A DNA stretch of 64,000 nucleotides from an uncultured Pelagibacteraceae bacterium (GTDB taxonomy: Bacteria; Pseudomonadota; Alphaproteobacteria; Pelagibacterales; Pelagibacteraceae), in assembly GCA_902593235.1 (NCBI GenBank), contig CACJHS010000001.1:23162-87161 (forward strand). The letters run 5' to 3'. Shown here one piece after another: positions 31,283-41,786 of this stretch. Under the pieces are notes generated by a model. The model was not told where the DNA came from. It worked only from the letters and a program-made list of their open reading frames with translations, and searched no databases. Both the position numbers and the translations under genes were made by a program. The stretch's first letter is position 1; each line of letters starts with the position of its first letter.

Positions 31283-32245
31283 TTAATAATTTATTTTTAA
31301 TTTTTTATTTTTAGTAATTGCATTTAATAATGCAATCATTAGTGGGATTTTTTTCTTATTAATTTTTTTTAAAACATAGGGTGCAATTTCATTGGCTAAA
31401 TCAGCTCCTTCAATGGTGTCATTTCTCATAAATTTGTTTTTAGCGTTTTTAAAAGAAAATCCTTTACCTAAATATTCTCCCATTTTGCTGTTTCTGCCTC
31501 CTACAGCACTCACATAGAGATCTCCGATACCAGCTAAACCGTAAACTGTTTCTTCTTTTCCTCTAAAAAATTTAATTAAATATTTCATTTCATCTATAGA
31601 TTTTCTGAATAAAGCAGAGGAGGTGTTATTTCCTTGACCCGATCCAATTATCATTGAATAAACATTCTTAATAGCAGAGGAAAACTCAACACCTTTTACA
31701 TCTGATGAATATTCTGTTTTGTAATAATGAGTTGAAATCATTTTTCCAATTTTTTTAGCAATACTTATATTTTTATTTGCTATTACAGTATAACTCTTTA
31801 CCTTCCTCGCTAATTCTTTTGCTAAACAAGGTCCTTTTAATATTGAAATGTTTAAATTTTTTTTATTTAAATTTAATTGCTCAGACATGCTAATTAATTT
31901 TTTACTTTTTTTTTGAAATTTCAAACCTTTTGTTAAAACAAGTATTAAAGTTTTTTGTTTAAGATCTTTTAGATAATTTTTTATCATATCTATACCTACT
32001 GAGCTTACAGCAACGACTATTAAATCCCATTTATCATTCAAAAGTTCAGGACTAAATTTTTTAAGATTGAGTTTATTTGATAAGTTAATTTTTAGAGCTG
32101 GATGAAATTTTTTTTTACTTTTTAATTTTTTTAGTAAATTTAGGTTATATGGTTCAGTCAAAGTTACTTTTTGATTATTGTCAATTAAAGGAACAGAAAA
32201 AGCTGCACCCATTGCTCCTGCTCCAATTATTAAAACTTTTTTCAT
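31283..32245 (-). CDS. gpsA: NAD(P)H-dependent glycerol-3-phosphate dehydrogenase
   Basis: GAGAMG, LTKG, GPCLAKE, DVKGVEFSSAIKN, GLAGIGDL, GRN. Confidence 0.82.
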   Translation of the reverse strand: MKKVLIIGAGAMGAAFSVPLIDNNQKVTLTEPYNLNLLKKLKSKKKFHPALKINLSNKLNLKKFSPELLNDKWDLIVVAVSSVGIDMIKNYLKDLKQKTLILVLTKGLKFQKKSKKLISMSEQLNLNKKNLNISILKGPCLAKELARKVKSYTVIANKNISIAKKIGKMISTHYYKTEYSSDVKGVEFSSAIKNVYSMIIGSGQGNNTSSALFRKSIDEMKYLIKFFRGKEETVYGLAGIGDLYVSAVGGRNSKMGEYLGKGFSFKNAKNKFMRNDTIEGADLANEIAPYVLKKINKKKIPLMIALLNAITKNKKLKINY

Positions 32246-32250
32246 AAATA

Positions 32251-33729
32251 TTATGCTAAAGTTTTTTTAATTGCTTGCTGCCAACCTTGCAATAAGTGAT
32301 TTCTCAATTTTTTATCAATTTTTGGTATAAATTCCTTATCTTTTCTCCATGTATTTTTAATATGATTTAATGATTTAAATTCTCCTATTTGATAACCTGC
32401 TAACATTGCGGCTCCGAGAGCAGTTGTTTCTAAAATTTTAGGTCGAATTACTTTTAAATTAATTGCATCTGCCAAAAATTGTGAAAACCAATTATTAGCT
32501 ACCATACCCCCATCAATCTTTACTATCCTGGGCTTTAAACCATCTTTATTCATTGAATTAAATAAATCATAACTTTGATACGCAACTGACTCAACTGTTG
32601 CTCTAACCAAAGTTTTCCAATCACTATCTCTTGTAAGCCCTGTTATCAAACCTCTTGCATCAGGTCTCCAGTAAGGTGCGCCTATTCCACTAAAAGCTGG
32701 GACAACATAAACTTCATTATTGCTTTTTGTTGATTTAGCTATTTTTTCAGTTTCATAAGCATTGTTTATTAATTTAATTTTATCCCTTAACCATTGTACG
32801 CCTGCTCCTGCTATGAAAATAGATCCTTCAAGAGCATAGGTGGTCTTATTATTCAATCGATAACAAATTGTCGTTAATAACTTATTTTTTGAATTAATTT
32901 TTTTTGATCCAGTGTTCATTATTATAAATGCACCAGTACCATAAGTACTTTTTATAGATCCTTTTTCAAAACAAGCTTGTCCTACAGCAGCTGCTTGTTG
33001 ATCTCCTAAAACAGCTGAAATGGTTATTTCTTTTCCTGTAACTCTCTTGTCTGTTTTTCCAAAATTATCTGCGGAATTTTTTATCTCTGGCAATATACCC
33101 TTTGGAATTTTTAATTTCTGTAATATTTCATTATCCCATTTATTGTTATTAATATTAAACAACATTGTTCTACTTGCATTGGTAGCTTCGGTTAAATGCT
33201 GTTTTCCTTTGGTTAATTTCCAGATTAAGAAGGTATCCACCGTACCAAATAATAAATCATTAGTTTTGAGTAACTTTTTTGAAACTTTTACATTATCTAA
33301 AATCCATTTTATTTTAGTGGCAGAAAAATAAGGATCTATAAATAATCCAGTTTTTTTTCTGAAAGTTTTTTCATAATTTTTATTCTTTAGAGATTTACAA
33401 TATTCCTGCGTTCTTCTATCTTGCCAAACGATCGCATTATAAATAGGTTTTCCAGTTTTTTTATTCCACAAAATTGTAGTTTCTCTTTGATTTGTAATTC
33501 CAATTGTAAGTATATGACCTTTCAAACTTATAGTTTTTTTAATTACTTGTTTTAATGCTTTAAGTGTTGTTGACCAAATTTCATTTGGATTATGCTCTAC
33601 CCAACCATTTTTAGGAAAGTATTGTTTAAATTCATATTGAGATATAAATTGAATATTGCCTTTAATATCAAATAACACTACCCTCGAGGAAGTTGTCCCC
33701 TGGTCAATCGAGATAATAAATTTTTTCAA
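32251..33729 (-). CDS. glpK: Glycerol kinase
   Basis: IDQGTTSSR, GITNQRET, AIVWQDRRT, YFSATK, KSTYGTG, ALEGS; TTG start. Confidence 0.97.
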   Translation of the reverse strand: MKKFIISIDQGTTSSRVVLFDIKGNIQFISQYEFKQYFPKNGWVEHNPNEIWSTTLKALKQVIKKTISLKGHILTIGITNQRETTILWNKKTGKPIYNAIVWQDRRTQEYCKSLKNKNYEKTFRKKTGLFIDPYFSATKIKWILDNVKVSKKLLKTNDLLFGTVDTFLIWKLTKGKQHLTEATNASRTMLFNINNNKWDNEILQKLKIPKGILPEIKNSADNFGKTDKRVTGKEITISAVLGDQQAAAVGQACFEKGSIKSTYGTGAFIIMNTGSKKINSKNKLLTTICYRLNNKTTYALEGSIFIAGAGVQWLRDKIKLINNAYETEKIAKSTKSNNEVYVVPAFSGIGAPYWRPDARGLITGLTRDSDWKTLVRATVESVAYQSYDLFNSMNKDGLKPRIVKIDGGMVANNWFSQFLADAINLKVIRPKILETTALGAAMLAGYQIGEFKSLNHIKNTWRKDKEFIPKIDKKLRNHLLQGWQQAIKKTLA

Positions 33730-33733
33730 AATA

Positions 33734-35887
33734 CTAAGCTATGCCAAGATGTTTTTTTCTTTTTCCAACCCAAGTTCTAATCAAATTATCAAAGATCAAT
33801 CCTATAAACGCAACACAGATACCTAAAGTTAAACCAATTCCTGCTCCATTTTTATCTGAAAGTGCTTTTAAAATGTATTGACCAAGATCTTCTGTTCCAA
33901 TGAAGGCACCAATTATCACCATAAATAGAGCAAAAACTATTGTTTGATTTAAACCAAGCATCATGTGCGGAAATGCTAACGGAAACTCAATTTTTGTTAA
34001 TCTTTGAAATTTATTTACACCAGACATCGTTGCAGCTTCATGTAAGCCAACAGGAACACTTCTAAGTCCTTCTATTGTATATCTAGTTGCAGGAATTGTT
34101 GCATAGACAATTACAGCAATTAAAACAGATGTATCTGTTATTCCAAAAAGCATCATTACAGGAATTAAATATACAAATGATGGGAATGTTTGAAATATAT
34201 CGCAAACACCTAGCATAAATGCTGCAGATTTTTTGTTTTGAAAACATAATGTTCCAACTGTAAATCCTATTAAACAAGAAATAACTACACCAAAAGTTGC
34301 CATGTATAACGTTACTAGTGCTCTATCCCACCATGGACTTAATGCTATAAATAAAGTCAAAGCAGCAACAACTAATGCTGATCGAACTCCTCCAATTAAA
34401 TATCCTGCACCAACTGCTAGCACTAATGTAGCAACTGCAGGCATTCTTAAATACAACGCTCTCATCGGCTGAAGCACATCTTGAATTAACCATGTATTGA
34501 ATGCTTTAATATAAACGAAGAAAGTATCAAAAATCCAATCAACTCCTTTATTCCAAAAATCTGCTGTTGATATTCCTTTATTATGAGGAATTTCAAACAA
34601 GTAATTAAAACTACCTTTGAAAATAAAAGTCCCAACATATGCAAGAATTATTCCAATTACGAATGAAGCTGCAAAAAATATTACGTTTTTATTTCTTTGG
34701 AAAAATGAAAGATTACCAAAATAATCTTGTTGCTGATTTGCCCATGCCAAAGACATTTTATCAAGTAAAATTGCAATTAAACTAATACATAAACCAGCCT
34801 CTAGTGCTAAACCTATATTGAGTTGATTGAGTGCTAACAGCAAATTAAATCCTAATCCTTTGGCTCCAATGAACGCAGATATAACTGCCATTGAAAAACA
34901 AACCATAATAACTTGGTTAACTCCAATTAAAATATCTCGTCTTGCTGTAGGAATTAGTACCTTGAACATTAATTGCCAATTGGTACAACCACTCATTCTT
35001 CCAGCTTCAATAACTTCTGGAGGTATAGCTCTTAATCCCAATATTGTTAATAATATCATTGGTGGGACCGCAACAACCATCGTAATAATTACAGCAGCAT
35101 GATCACCAACTCCAAATAGAACAAGCGCAGGAACTAATACAGCGTATTGTGGCATGGTCTGCATCACTAGAAGAATTGGGTATAATGCTTTTTCAACACG
35201 TTTGCTTTTGTAAGCTGCAATACCAAGGCCTAAACCAAAAATAAATGATAGTGGAGCTGCAACTAGTATAAAAGAAAGTGTTTGCATTGAAGGTTTCCAT
35301 TGACCAAATATAGAAATATAGATCATTGTTAAACCTGCAAACAAAGCTAGTCCTTTTCCACTTAATTTGTAAGAAAGTATCGCTGCTCCAGCTGCAACAA
35401 TAGTCCAAGGCAAACCTGGTAACTCTAACCAAGGATAAGCATCGATAAAATCCCAGCTAGTAAATGCAACAATAGTTTCTAAACCTCCAAGTAAAATCTC
35501 TCTAATTAATTCAATTAAAAAGGTCATAAAAGAAGTTAAATTTCTACTTATCTCTAATAGTAATGGTCGAGTTTTAAATTCTTGAGTATCTTCGTTCCAA
35601 AACTCCATCGGCATCCACTCATTCATCAAGAAAAATAAAGAGTCGTTTATCCAAATAGGCAGCCAACCAAGTAAGGGGGGCAATCTCCAAAATACATCAA
35701 AGGCATAATACCTAACCTCTTTGCCTAGAAAAAAGTAAACACTTTGATTTGGATCTTTAACAAATTCAGCCTGACCTCTTATAAATTTATAAGTTTCTGG
35801 AACATCGATAGCAAAGCATAAAGCAAAAAATACAATTAACAAAAATAACCATTGGAATAATTTTGGATATTTTTTTAAATACTCCAT
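33734..35887 (-). CDS. tmoV: TMAO/quaternary amine ABC permease, fused double permease
   Basis: Two ProW-like modules (MQTMPQYAVLVP...EAGRMSG; FQTFPSFVYLIP...EAATMSG); tmm/tdm context. Confidence 0.85.
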   Translation of the reverse strand: MEYLKKYPKLFQWLFLLIVFFALCFAIDVPETYKFIRGQAEFVKDPNQSVYFFLGKEVRYYAFDVFWRLPPLLGWLPIWINDSLFFLMNEWMPMEFWNEDTQEFKTRPLLLEISRNLTSFMTFLIELIREILLGGLETIVAFTSWDFIDAYPWLELPGLPWTIVAAGAAILSYKLSGKGLALFAGLTMIYISIFGQWKPSMQTLSFILVAAPLSFIFGLGLGIAAYKSKRVEKALYPILLVMQTMPQYAVLVPALVLFGVGDHAAVIITMVVAVPPMILLTILGLRAIPPEVIEAGRMSGCTNWQLMFKVLIPTARRDILIGVNQVIMVCFSMAVISAFIGAKGLGFNLLLALNQLNIGLALEAGLCISLIAILLDKMSLAWANQQQDYFGNLSFFQRNKNVIFFAASFVIGIILAYVGTFIFKGSFNYLFEIPHNKGISTADFWNKGVDWIFDTFFVYIKAFNTWLIQDVLQPMRALYLRMPAVATLVLAVGAGYLIGGVRSALVVAALTLFIALSPWWDRALVTLYMATFGVVISCLIGFTVGTLCFQNKKSAAFMLGVCDIFQTFPSFVYLIPVMMLFGITDTSVLIAVIVYATIPATRYTIEGLRSVPVGLHEAATMSGVNKFQRLTKIEFPLAFPHMMLGLNQTIVFALFMVIIGAFIGTEDLGQYILKALSDKNGAGIGLTLGICVAFIGLIFDNLIRTWVGKRKKHLGIA

Positions 35888-35890
35888 ATT

Positions 35891-36922
35891 TTAACTACCA
35901 TTTTTTCTTCCTCCAAAAACTGTATCGATTATTTTTGAAGGTTTAATTGAACCTACAACATTATTATTTTTATCAACTACACCTACTATATTTTCTTGAG
36001 TAAGAATTTTTTCTGCAACATTTTCTATAATTTCATCTTTTGAAACCTTCAAATCACCCAAGTTATCTTTATTTGAAGAATCCATTACATCTTCTATGAC
36101 TAAAACTTTCTCCCTTGGGACTTCTTCAGTAAACTTTCTTACATATTCAGTTGCAGGATTTAGTACAATGTTCGCAGGTGTATCTAATTGTTCAATTATC
36201 CCATCTTTCATAATTGCTATACGATCAGCTAACTTTAATGCCTCATCAAAATCATGAGTGATAAACATAATTGTTTTTTGTAATTTTTCTTGAAGTCTTA
36301 GAAACTCATCTTGCATTTCCTTTCTTATTAATGGATCTAATGCAGAAAAGGGTTCATCTAAAAACCAAATATCTGGTTCCACAGCTAATGATCTTGCGAT
36401 CCCTACTCTTTGTTGTTGTCCGCCTGAAAGCTCTCTTGGAAAATAGTTTTCTCTTCCATCAAGTCCAACTAGTTTTACCATTTCCATTGCTCTATTAATG
36501 CTATCTTCAGTATTAGTACCTTTGATCTGCAGTGGGAAAGCAATGTTTTCAACAACTGTTTTATGAGGTAACAAAGCAAAGCTTTGAAAAACCATCCCCA
36601 TTTTATTTCTTCTAAGTTCGATTAATTCTTTATTGTTTAGTTGAAGCAGATCTTGACCTTCTATAAAAATTTTTCCACCTGTAGCATCTGTTAATCTTGA
36701 AATACATCTAAGAAGTGTTGATTTACCTGAACCAGATAAACCCATTACTACTAACATTTCTCCTTTTGCAACTTCAAAAGAAGCATTATTAACTCCAACT
36801 ATACATCCTTTTTCCTGAAAGGTTTTTGCATCAACATTGCCGTTGGATTCTTCAAGCATTTTTTTGGCGTTTTCACCAAAAATTTTATAAACCGACTCGC
36901 ATTTGATTACAGTCTCAGACAT
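35891..36922 (-). CDS. tmoW: TMAO/quaternary amine ABC ATP-binding protein
   Basis: Walker A GLSGSGKS, signature LSGGQQQR, LDEPFSALDPLIR. Confidence 0.88.
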   Translation of the reverse strand: MSETVIKCESVYKIFGENAKKMLEESNGNVDAKTFQEKGCIVGVNNASFEVAKGEMLVVMGLSGSGKSTLLRCISRLTDATGGKIFIEGQDLLQLNNKELIELRRNKMGMVFQSFALLPHKTVVENIAFPLQIKGTNTEDSINRAMEMVKLVGLDGRENYFPRELSGGQQQRVGIARSLAVEPDIWFLDEPFSALDPLIRKEMQDEFLRLQEKLQKTIMFITHDFDEALKLADRIAIMKDGIIEQLDTPANIVLNPATEYVRKFTEEVPREKVLVIEDVMDSSNKDNLGDLKVSKDEIIENVAEKILTQENIVGVVDKNNNVVGSIKPSKIIDTVFGGRKNGS

Positions 36923-36987
36923 AAATTGTTTTAAAGTTATATTAAATTCTATAAAATTAAAATGTTAATAATTGTTGCCTTTCCTAA

Positions 36988-37539
36988 TTAAAAATTTTTA
37001 ATAAAATAAACCCTTGTATCAATTCCAGTACTTAAAAAACTTAAAGCTTCACCACTTATAGTAATACTTTCATCAACACCTACATTATTTCCGCTAACTG
37101 TAAAGCCCGCAAAACATTTACTTTTTTCTTCATCCCATTTAACAAAAGTCTCATCAATTTTATTTCCATTGATTGTATAAAGCTCATGAGCTCTAAAATT
37201 TAAAAAATTAGCACCCATTATTGCTCTTTGTGGAATTAGTTTAGTAGCCTTACATACTTGCTCATATACCTCATCAGTCAGTTTATAATGATCTGTGCCA
37301 TCAAATGAGACCAATATACCAGAAGGTAATTTAGATATTAGTTCGCTAAGTTTTTTTTCTTCAGCAATTCTCTCCTCCTCTAACTTCATTCTTTTTACTA
37401 AATCATCACCTTGTCCAAAAATTCCATTTAAAATGCTAAAAGACATAATTACTACAAGAGTAATAATTATGAGACCAATAAATTGCCTTAGAGACTCAGG
37501 TAAATCTTTTATTTTATTAATATAATTTTCTTTTGACAT
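36988..37539 (-). CDS. Hypothetical protein with N-terminal TM anchor
   Basis: 183 aa, one TM helix, then coiled-coil-like stretch and two Cys. Confidence 0.7.
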   Translation of the reverse strand: MSKENYINKIKDLPESLRQFIGLIIITLVVIMSFSILNGIFGQGDDLVKRMKLEEERIAEEKKLSELISKLPSGILVSFDGTDHYKLTDEVYEQVCKATKLIPQRAIMGANFLNFRAHELYTINGNKIDETFVKWDEEKSKCFAGFTVSGNNVGVDESITISGEALSFLSTGIDTRVYFIKNF

Positions 37540-37916
37540 TATTCTTGTAACTTACCGTTTTTCCAAATACCTGATTTTTGTTTTCCATCTGCCCAAGTAA
37601 ATGTTCCTTGGCCATTCATAAAACCTTTAGACCACTCTCCTTCATAGGTAGACCCATCAGGAAAAACTAAAGTTCCCTGTCCGCTCCATTCACTATTTTT
37701 AAATTCCCCTTTATAGATATAACCATTAGGCCAAGTTTCGACGCCTTGACCTTGTTTTTTAGTATTAACCCACTCCCCTTCATAAGTAGTTTTGTCGGTG
37801 TAAACCCATTTACCAAAACCATTTTCACAGTTACCTTCTTTACAGCCAGTGCTTCTTGCTAAAACTGATGAGCAGATCAAAAAACTAAAAAATATTATAA
37901 GAGAATATTTTTTCAT
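37539..37916 (-). CDS. Exported MORN-repeat protein
   Basis: Signal peptide, GCKEGNCENG, repeats YEGEW...GQG. Confidence 0.9.
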   Translation of the reverse strand: MKKYSLIIFFSFLICSSVLARSTGCKEGNCENGFGKWVYTDKTTYEGEWVNTKKQGQGVETWPNGYIYKGEFKNSEWSGQGTLVFPDGSTYEGEWSKGFMNGQGTFTWADGKQKSGIWKNGKLQE

Positions 37917-37941
37917 TGATACATTTTACACATATTGCTTT

Positions 37942-37980
37942 AAAAAAAAATCCCCCCCAACGGAGTTGGGGGAGATCTTT
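37942..37980 (-). terminator. Intrinsic terminator after tmoX
   Basis: Minus strand TCCCCCAAC-TCC-GTTGGGGGGGA followed by a 9-T tract. Confidence 0.85.
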
Positions 37981-37998
37981 AATTTTTAACTATAATCC

Positions 37999-38943
37999 TT
38001 ATTTAGTAAATGCTTGCCAAACTGACTTGTTATCAGCTAACCATTTTTTAGCTGCATCTTCGTGAGTCATTTTGTCAATGTCAACTAAAGCTGCCATTGC
38101 ACCAATTTGACTTGTTGAGAATGACATTTTTTTGAATGCTGCTGCTGCATCAGGATGAGTTTTTGGGAAATCCTCATGAACTGCTTTTTTCAAGTATCCA
38201 TCAGGAGAACCACATTTACCATCTCCACCATCTTCTGGTCTGCAACCAGCTGTGTATGGAGGGAAGTCAATAAATGTAAAACCAGCACCATCTGTAAAGT
38301 TAGGCGTCCAGTTGAAGATAATTGTTCCTCTTCCTTCTTTTTCAGCTGCAGCTAACTCTGCCCAAAGTGCATCAGCACTTCCAGCAAATTTAACCCACCA
38401 AAGATCACCTAAACCTAAAGCGTCAACTCTTTGAGGAATTAAGTCACCGTGCCAAGTTTGTGGACCTTCCAACATTCTTCCTTTTCCATCTGGAGAGTCA
38501 GGTGTTGTAAAGTTTTTAGCACAATCAGGGTTTTTTAAAGCTGTCCAATCTGGTAGACCTGGGCATAATCCTTTTTCAGCAACCCAGTTTGGATATCCCA
38601 TATCCTCAAGAGTTCTTGCCTCATGATCACCCCAATCTAATAAACCACCTTTGTCTAAAGCAGTTGTAAATGACTTACCGAATGCAGACTCCCATACTTC
38701 GTGAGAAATAGTTACGTCTCCAATTCTAATTGACTCATAAACTGCTTGAGAGTCAGCGTTCACGTATTTTACGTTATTACCCATACTTTCAAAAATTCCA
38801 CCAATAACATATGCCATTACAATTTGAGATGACCAGTTATGTGTTGGGATTACGATGGGCTTCTTGCTATCAGCATTAGAAATTCCTGCAAAACTTACAA
38901 CAGAAATCACTAGAGCAGATAGTAATGATATTATTTTTTTCAT
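37999..38943 (-). CDS. tmoX: TMAO ABC substrate-binding protein
   Basis: Start corrected to ATG 38943 (SD GAGGGG, signal peptide MKKIISLL...). HNWSSQIVM, HEVWESAFG, CPGLPDW, FNWTPNF. Confidence 0.88.
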   Translation of the reverse strand: MKKIISLLSALVISVVSFAGISNADSKKPIVIPTHNWSSQIVMAYVIGGIFESMGNNVKYVNADSQAVYESIRIGDVTISHEVWESAFGKSFTTALDKGGLLDWGDHEARTLEDMGYPNWVAEKGLCPGLPDWTALKNPDCAKNFTTPDSPDGKGRMLEGPQTWHGDLIPQRVDALGLGDLWWVKFAGSADALWAELAAAEKEGRGTIIFNWTPNFTDGAGFTFIDFPPYTAGCRPEDGGDGKCGSPDGYLKKAVHEDFPKTHPDAAAAFKKMSFSTSQIGAMAALVDIDKMTHEDAAKKWLADNKSVWQAFTK

Positions 38944-39086
38944 GTATACCCCTCTATTAATATTAATATCTAACAGTCTATGACAAAAGGAATAGATAGG
39001 TAAAGAATAATTAGTTCTAAAAAATATATATATATTTAAACAATAAAATTGGTGATAATAAATATAACAATATAAAAAATTTAAAA

Positions 39087-41426
39087 ATGTTTGGAACAAG
39101 TAAAGACATTAAATATCCTGGTTTAAATATTTTACCACCTGGAGTTGAAAGACATGTTGTTAATGGTGGTGCTCTTACAGCTTTTCAAATTTTTCCAGAT
39201 GATGAATTAGAAATTATTAATAATGAAGGTAATCAAATTTGTGAAATAATCTGTTTTAATAAGGATGGTAAATCTGATGTTGGAATTTTAAATTTAAAAT
39301 CAAACAATGAAAAAAATTTCATTAGAAATATTCTTAATGGTAAAGATGAAACAATATTAGCAACAAATCATCAATTAAAAAAAAGAAACTTAAATATTTC
39401 AGATTCAAAATCTTCAATCATATTTGATCCAGATTCTAAAGCAGGAGAAAGTATCAAATTTAAATCAAAAGATAAGTGTTATGCTATTTTTGCAGCACCT
39501 GGTGAGGATATGGATGTCACAAATCAAAATCCTCCAACTGATTTAACAATTTTTATTAAAAGATCTAAAATCGTTAATGATAAAGAATTAAATGTAATAC
39601 CAGATCCAGTCTTTGAACCTTTGTATGAAGAAAATATAAATAAAGAAACTTCTATATCTTACCAAGTAAAAGAAGGTGATTATATTCAGGTAATCAGTCC
39701 AACTGGAAGACAGTGCTCAGACTTCGTAGCATTTGATACAAGAAAATTAGAAAAAGGAATTGAGAAAGGATTGGACTGGCAAACTACAAGAACATTTATG
39801 GGAAATACTTTTCCTGGACCTGGATTACATTCAAAATTTTATGATACAGACCATGAACCTCTCGTTGAAGTTATAAGAGATACAGTGGGAAAACATGATA
39901 CTTTTAACCTAGCATGTACTTCAAAATATTATGAAGATGCGGGATATTTTGGTCACCCAAACTGTTCAGATAATTTGACTGAAAGCATGTCAAAATTTGG
40001 AGTACAAAAACAAAAAGGTTGGCATGCGATTAACCTTTTTTTTAATACTTCTGCTGCGGGTTTAAATTCTGTGATATCCGATGAATCTTATTCCAGACCA
40101 GGAGATTATGTAATGTTTAGAGCTTTAAAAGATTTAACAATTGGAACAACAGCTTGTCCTAGTGATATTGATGCATGTAATTCGTGGAATCCTACAGATA
40201 TTTTTGTTAGAACTTATGATAAAAATAAAGAATTTAGTAAATCATTTGCTTTTCGAATGAAAACAGACTCAGAAAAAAAATTAACAAGAAATTCTGGATT
40301 TTACGAAAGAACTTCAAAGCTTACTAGAAACTTTGTTGATGCAAGAGGTTTTTGGTTACCAAATGATTACACTAAACATGGTTTAGTTAATGAATACAAC
40401 GCTTGCAGAAACGATGCCGTATTAATTGATTTATCTTCATTAAGAAAATTTGAAATAATAGGTCCTGATGCAGAAGATTTAATGAACTACACACTTACAA
40501 GAAATATAAAAAAACTTTCTGTGGGTCAGGTGGTTTATTCAGCGATGTGTTATGAAAATGGAATGATGTTTGATGATGGAACTCTCCTAAGATTAAGCGA
40601 AACAGGTTTTAGATGGATTTGTGGTGATGAATATGCTGGAGAATGGTTAAAAGAAATTGCTAAGAAAAAAAATTTCAATGCCAATGTTAAAAATTCAACA
40701 GATCAAATAAGTAACGTTTCTTTACAGGGACCGAAAAGTAGAGAAATTTTAAAAAAAATTATTTTTACACCACCTACTCAACCATCGATCGATGAATTAG
40801 GATGGTTTAGGTTTACTATTTGCAGAATAGAAGAATTACAGGGAATTCCTTTAATAGTTTCAAGAACTGGTTACACCGGAGAATTAGGTTATGAAATATG
40901 GTGTCATCCAAAACATGCTCCTGAAGTTTGGGATAAATTAATGGAAGCTGGCAAAGATGATGGCTTGATACCAGCTGGATTTGCTGCATTAGACAAACTT
41001 AGAATTGAAGCAGGGTTAATTTTATTTGGAAATGAATTTGATGGACAACAGGATCCTTTTGAAGCTGGTATAGGCTTTGCAGTGCCATTAAAAACGAAAG
41101 AAGAGGATTTTATTGGTAAAGAAGAATTAATTAAAAGAAAAGCCAATCCACAAAAAAAACTTGTAGGTTTAGAACTTGTAGGAAAAGAAATTGCAGGCCA
41201 TGGAGACTGTGTGCATATAGGGAGATCACAAGTAGGTATTGTTACTAGCGGATGTTTATCGTCAACCTTAAATAAAAATGTTGCTCTGTGTAGAATTGAT
41301 TTACAGTATTCTGAAATAGGCACAGAAGTAGAGGTAGGAAAAATAGATGGACACCAAAAACGAATTAGTGCAAAGGTGGTTGGGTTTCCATTCTATGACC
41401 CAACAAAATCTAGGGTTAGAGCATAA
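39087..41426 (+). CDS. tdm: TMAO demethylase (DUF1989 + GcvT domains)
   Basis: GRQCSDF, HDTFNLAC, CSDN, TACPSDID in the DUF1989 part; SRTGYTGELGYE GcvT part; divergent from tmoX. Confidence 0.9.
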   Translation: MFGTSKDIKYPGLNILPPGVERHVVNGGALTAFQIFPDDELEIINNEGNQICEIICFNKDGKSDVGILNLKSNNEKNFIRNILNGKDETILATNHQLKKRNLNISDSKSSIIFDPDSKAGESIKFKSKDKCYAIFAAPGEDMDVTNQNPPTDLTIFIKRSKIVNDKELNVIPDPVFEPLYEENINKETSISYQVKEGDYIQVISPTGRQCSDFVAFDTRKLEKGIEKGLDWQTTRTFMGNTFPGPGLHSKFYDTDHEPLVEVIRDTVGKHDTFNLACTSKYYEDAGYFGHPNCSDNLTESMSKFGVQKQKGWHAINLFFNTSAAGLNSVISDESYSRPGDYVMFRALKDLTIGTTACPSDIDACNSWNPTDIFVRTYDKNKEFSKSFAFRMKTDSEKKLTRNSGFYERTSKLTRNFVDARGFWLPNDYTKHGLVNEYNACRNDAVLIDLSSLRKFEIIGPDAEDLMNYTLTRNIKKLSVGQVVYSAMCYENGMMFDDGTLLRLSETGFRWICGDEYAGEWLKEIAKKKNFNANVKNSTDQISNVSLQGPKSREILKKIIFTPPTQPSIDELGWFRFTICRIEELQGIPLIVSRTGYTGELGYEIWCHPKHAPEVWDKLMEAGKDDGLIPAGFAALDKLRIEAGLILFGNEFDGQQDPFEAGIGFAVPLKTKEEDFIGKEELIKRKANPQKKLVGLELVGKEIAGHGDCVHIGRSQVGIVTSGCLSSTLNKNVALCRIDLQYSEIGTEVEVGKIDGHQKRISAKVVGFPFYDPTKSRVRA

Positions 41427-41435
41427 GGAAAAATC

Positions 41436-41786
41436 ATGCCCAAAGAAAAAAAAACACTCTTAGATTTTTGGGAAGATCAAATGAGACAATCTCATACATC
41501 AAGCAATTATTTTTTTAGAAAATCACCATCGCACTATCATATGATGTTGCTGGTAATGTCTGCATATAAAGAAGGTAAAAAATTATCAGTAGAAGAATTA
41601 AAAACGAAATTATTCAAGACCTCCAGACCTAAATCAGCTTTAATAATTACAGAAGCTTGTGAAAAAGGATTCTTTAGACTTGAAAAAACTTCAACTGATC
41701 AGCGAATTAAAAATATAATGCCTAGCGATTCTTTTATTCAAGAATTCAACGATTATTTGCTTACTTTAAAAAACATAAGTTATTAG
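41436..41786 (+). CDS. Putative winged-helix (MarR-like) DNA-binding protein
   Basis: 116 aa; LSVEELK...SRPKSALIITEACEKGFFRLEKTSTDQRIKNI resembles HTH plus DxR wing. Confidence 0.6.
   Translation: MPKEKKTLLDFWEDQMRQSHTSSNYFFRKSPSHYHMMLLVMSAYKEGKKLSVEELKTKLFKTSRPKSALIITEACEKGFFRLEKTSTDQRIKNIMPSDSFIQEFNDYLLTLKNISY

Noticed and set aside
37539-37916. Repetitive DNA suggesting an array
   Set aside because: Explained by MORN protein repeats. No spacer structure or cas genes.
38944-39099. 51-aa N-terminal extension of TmoX given by the ORF track
   Set aside because: Low-complexity translation of the divergent promoter that overlaps tdm. SD and signal peptide support ATG 38943.
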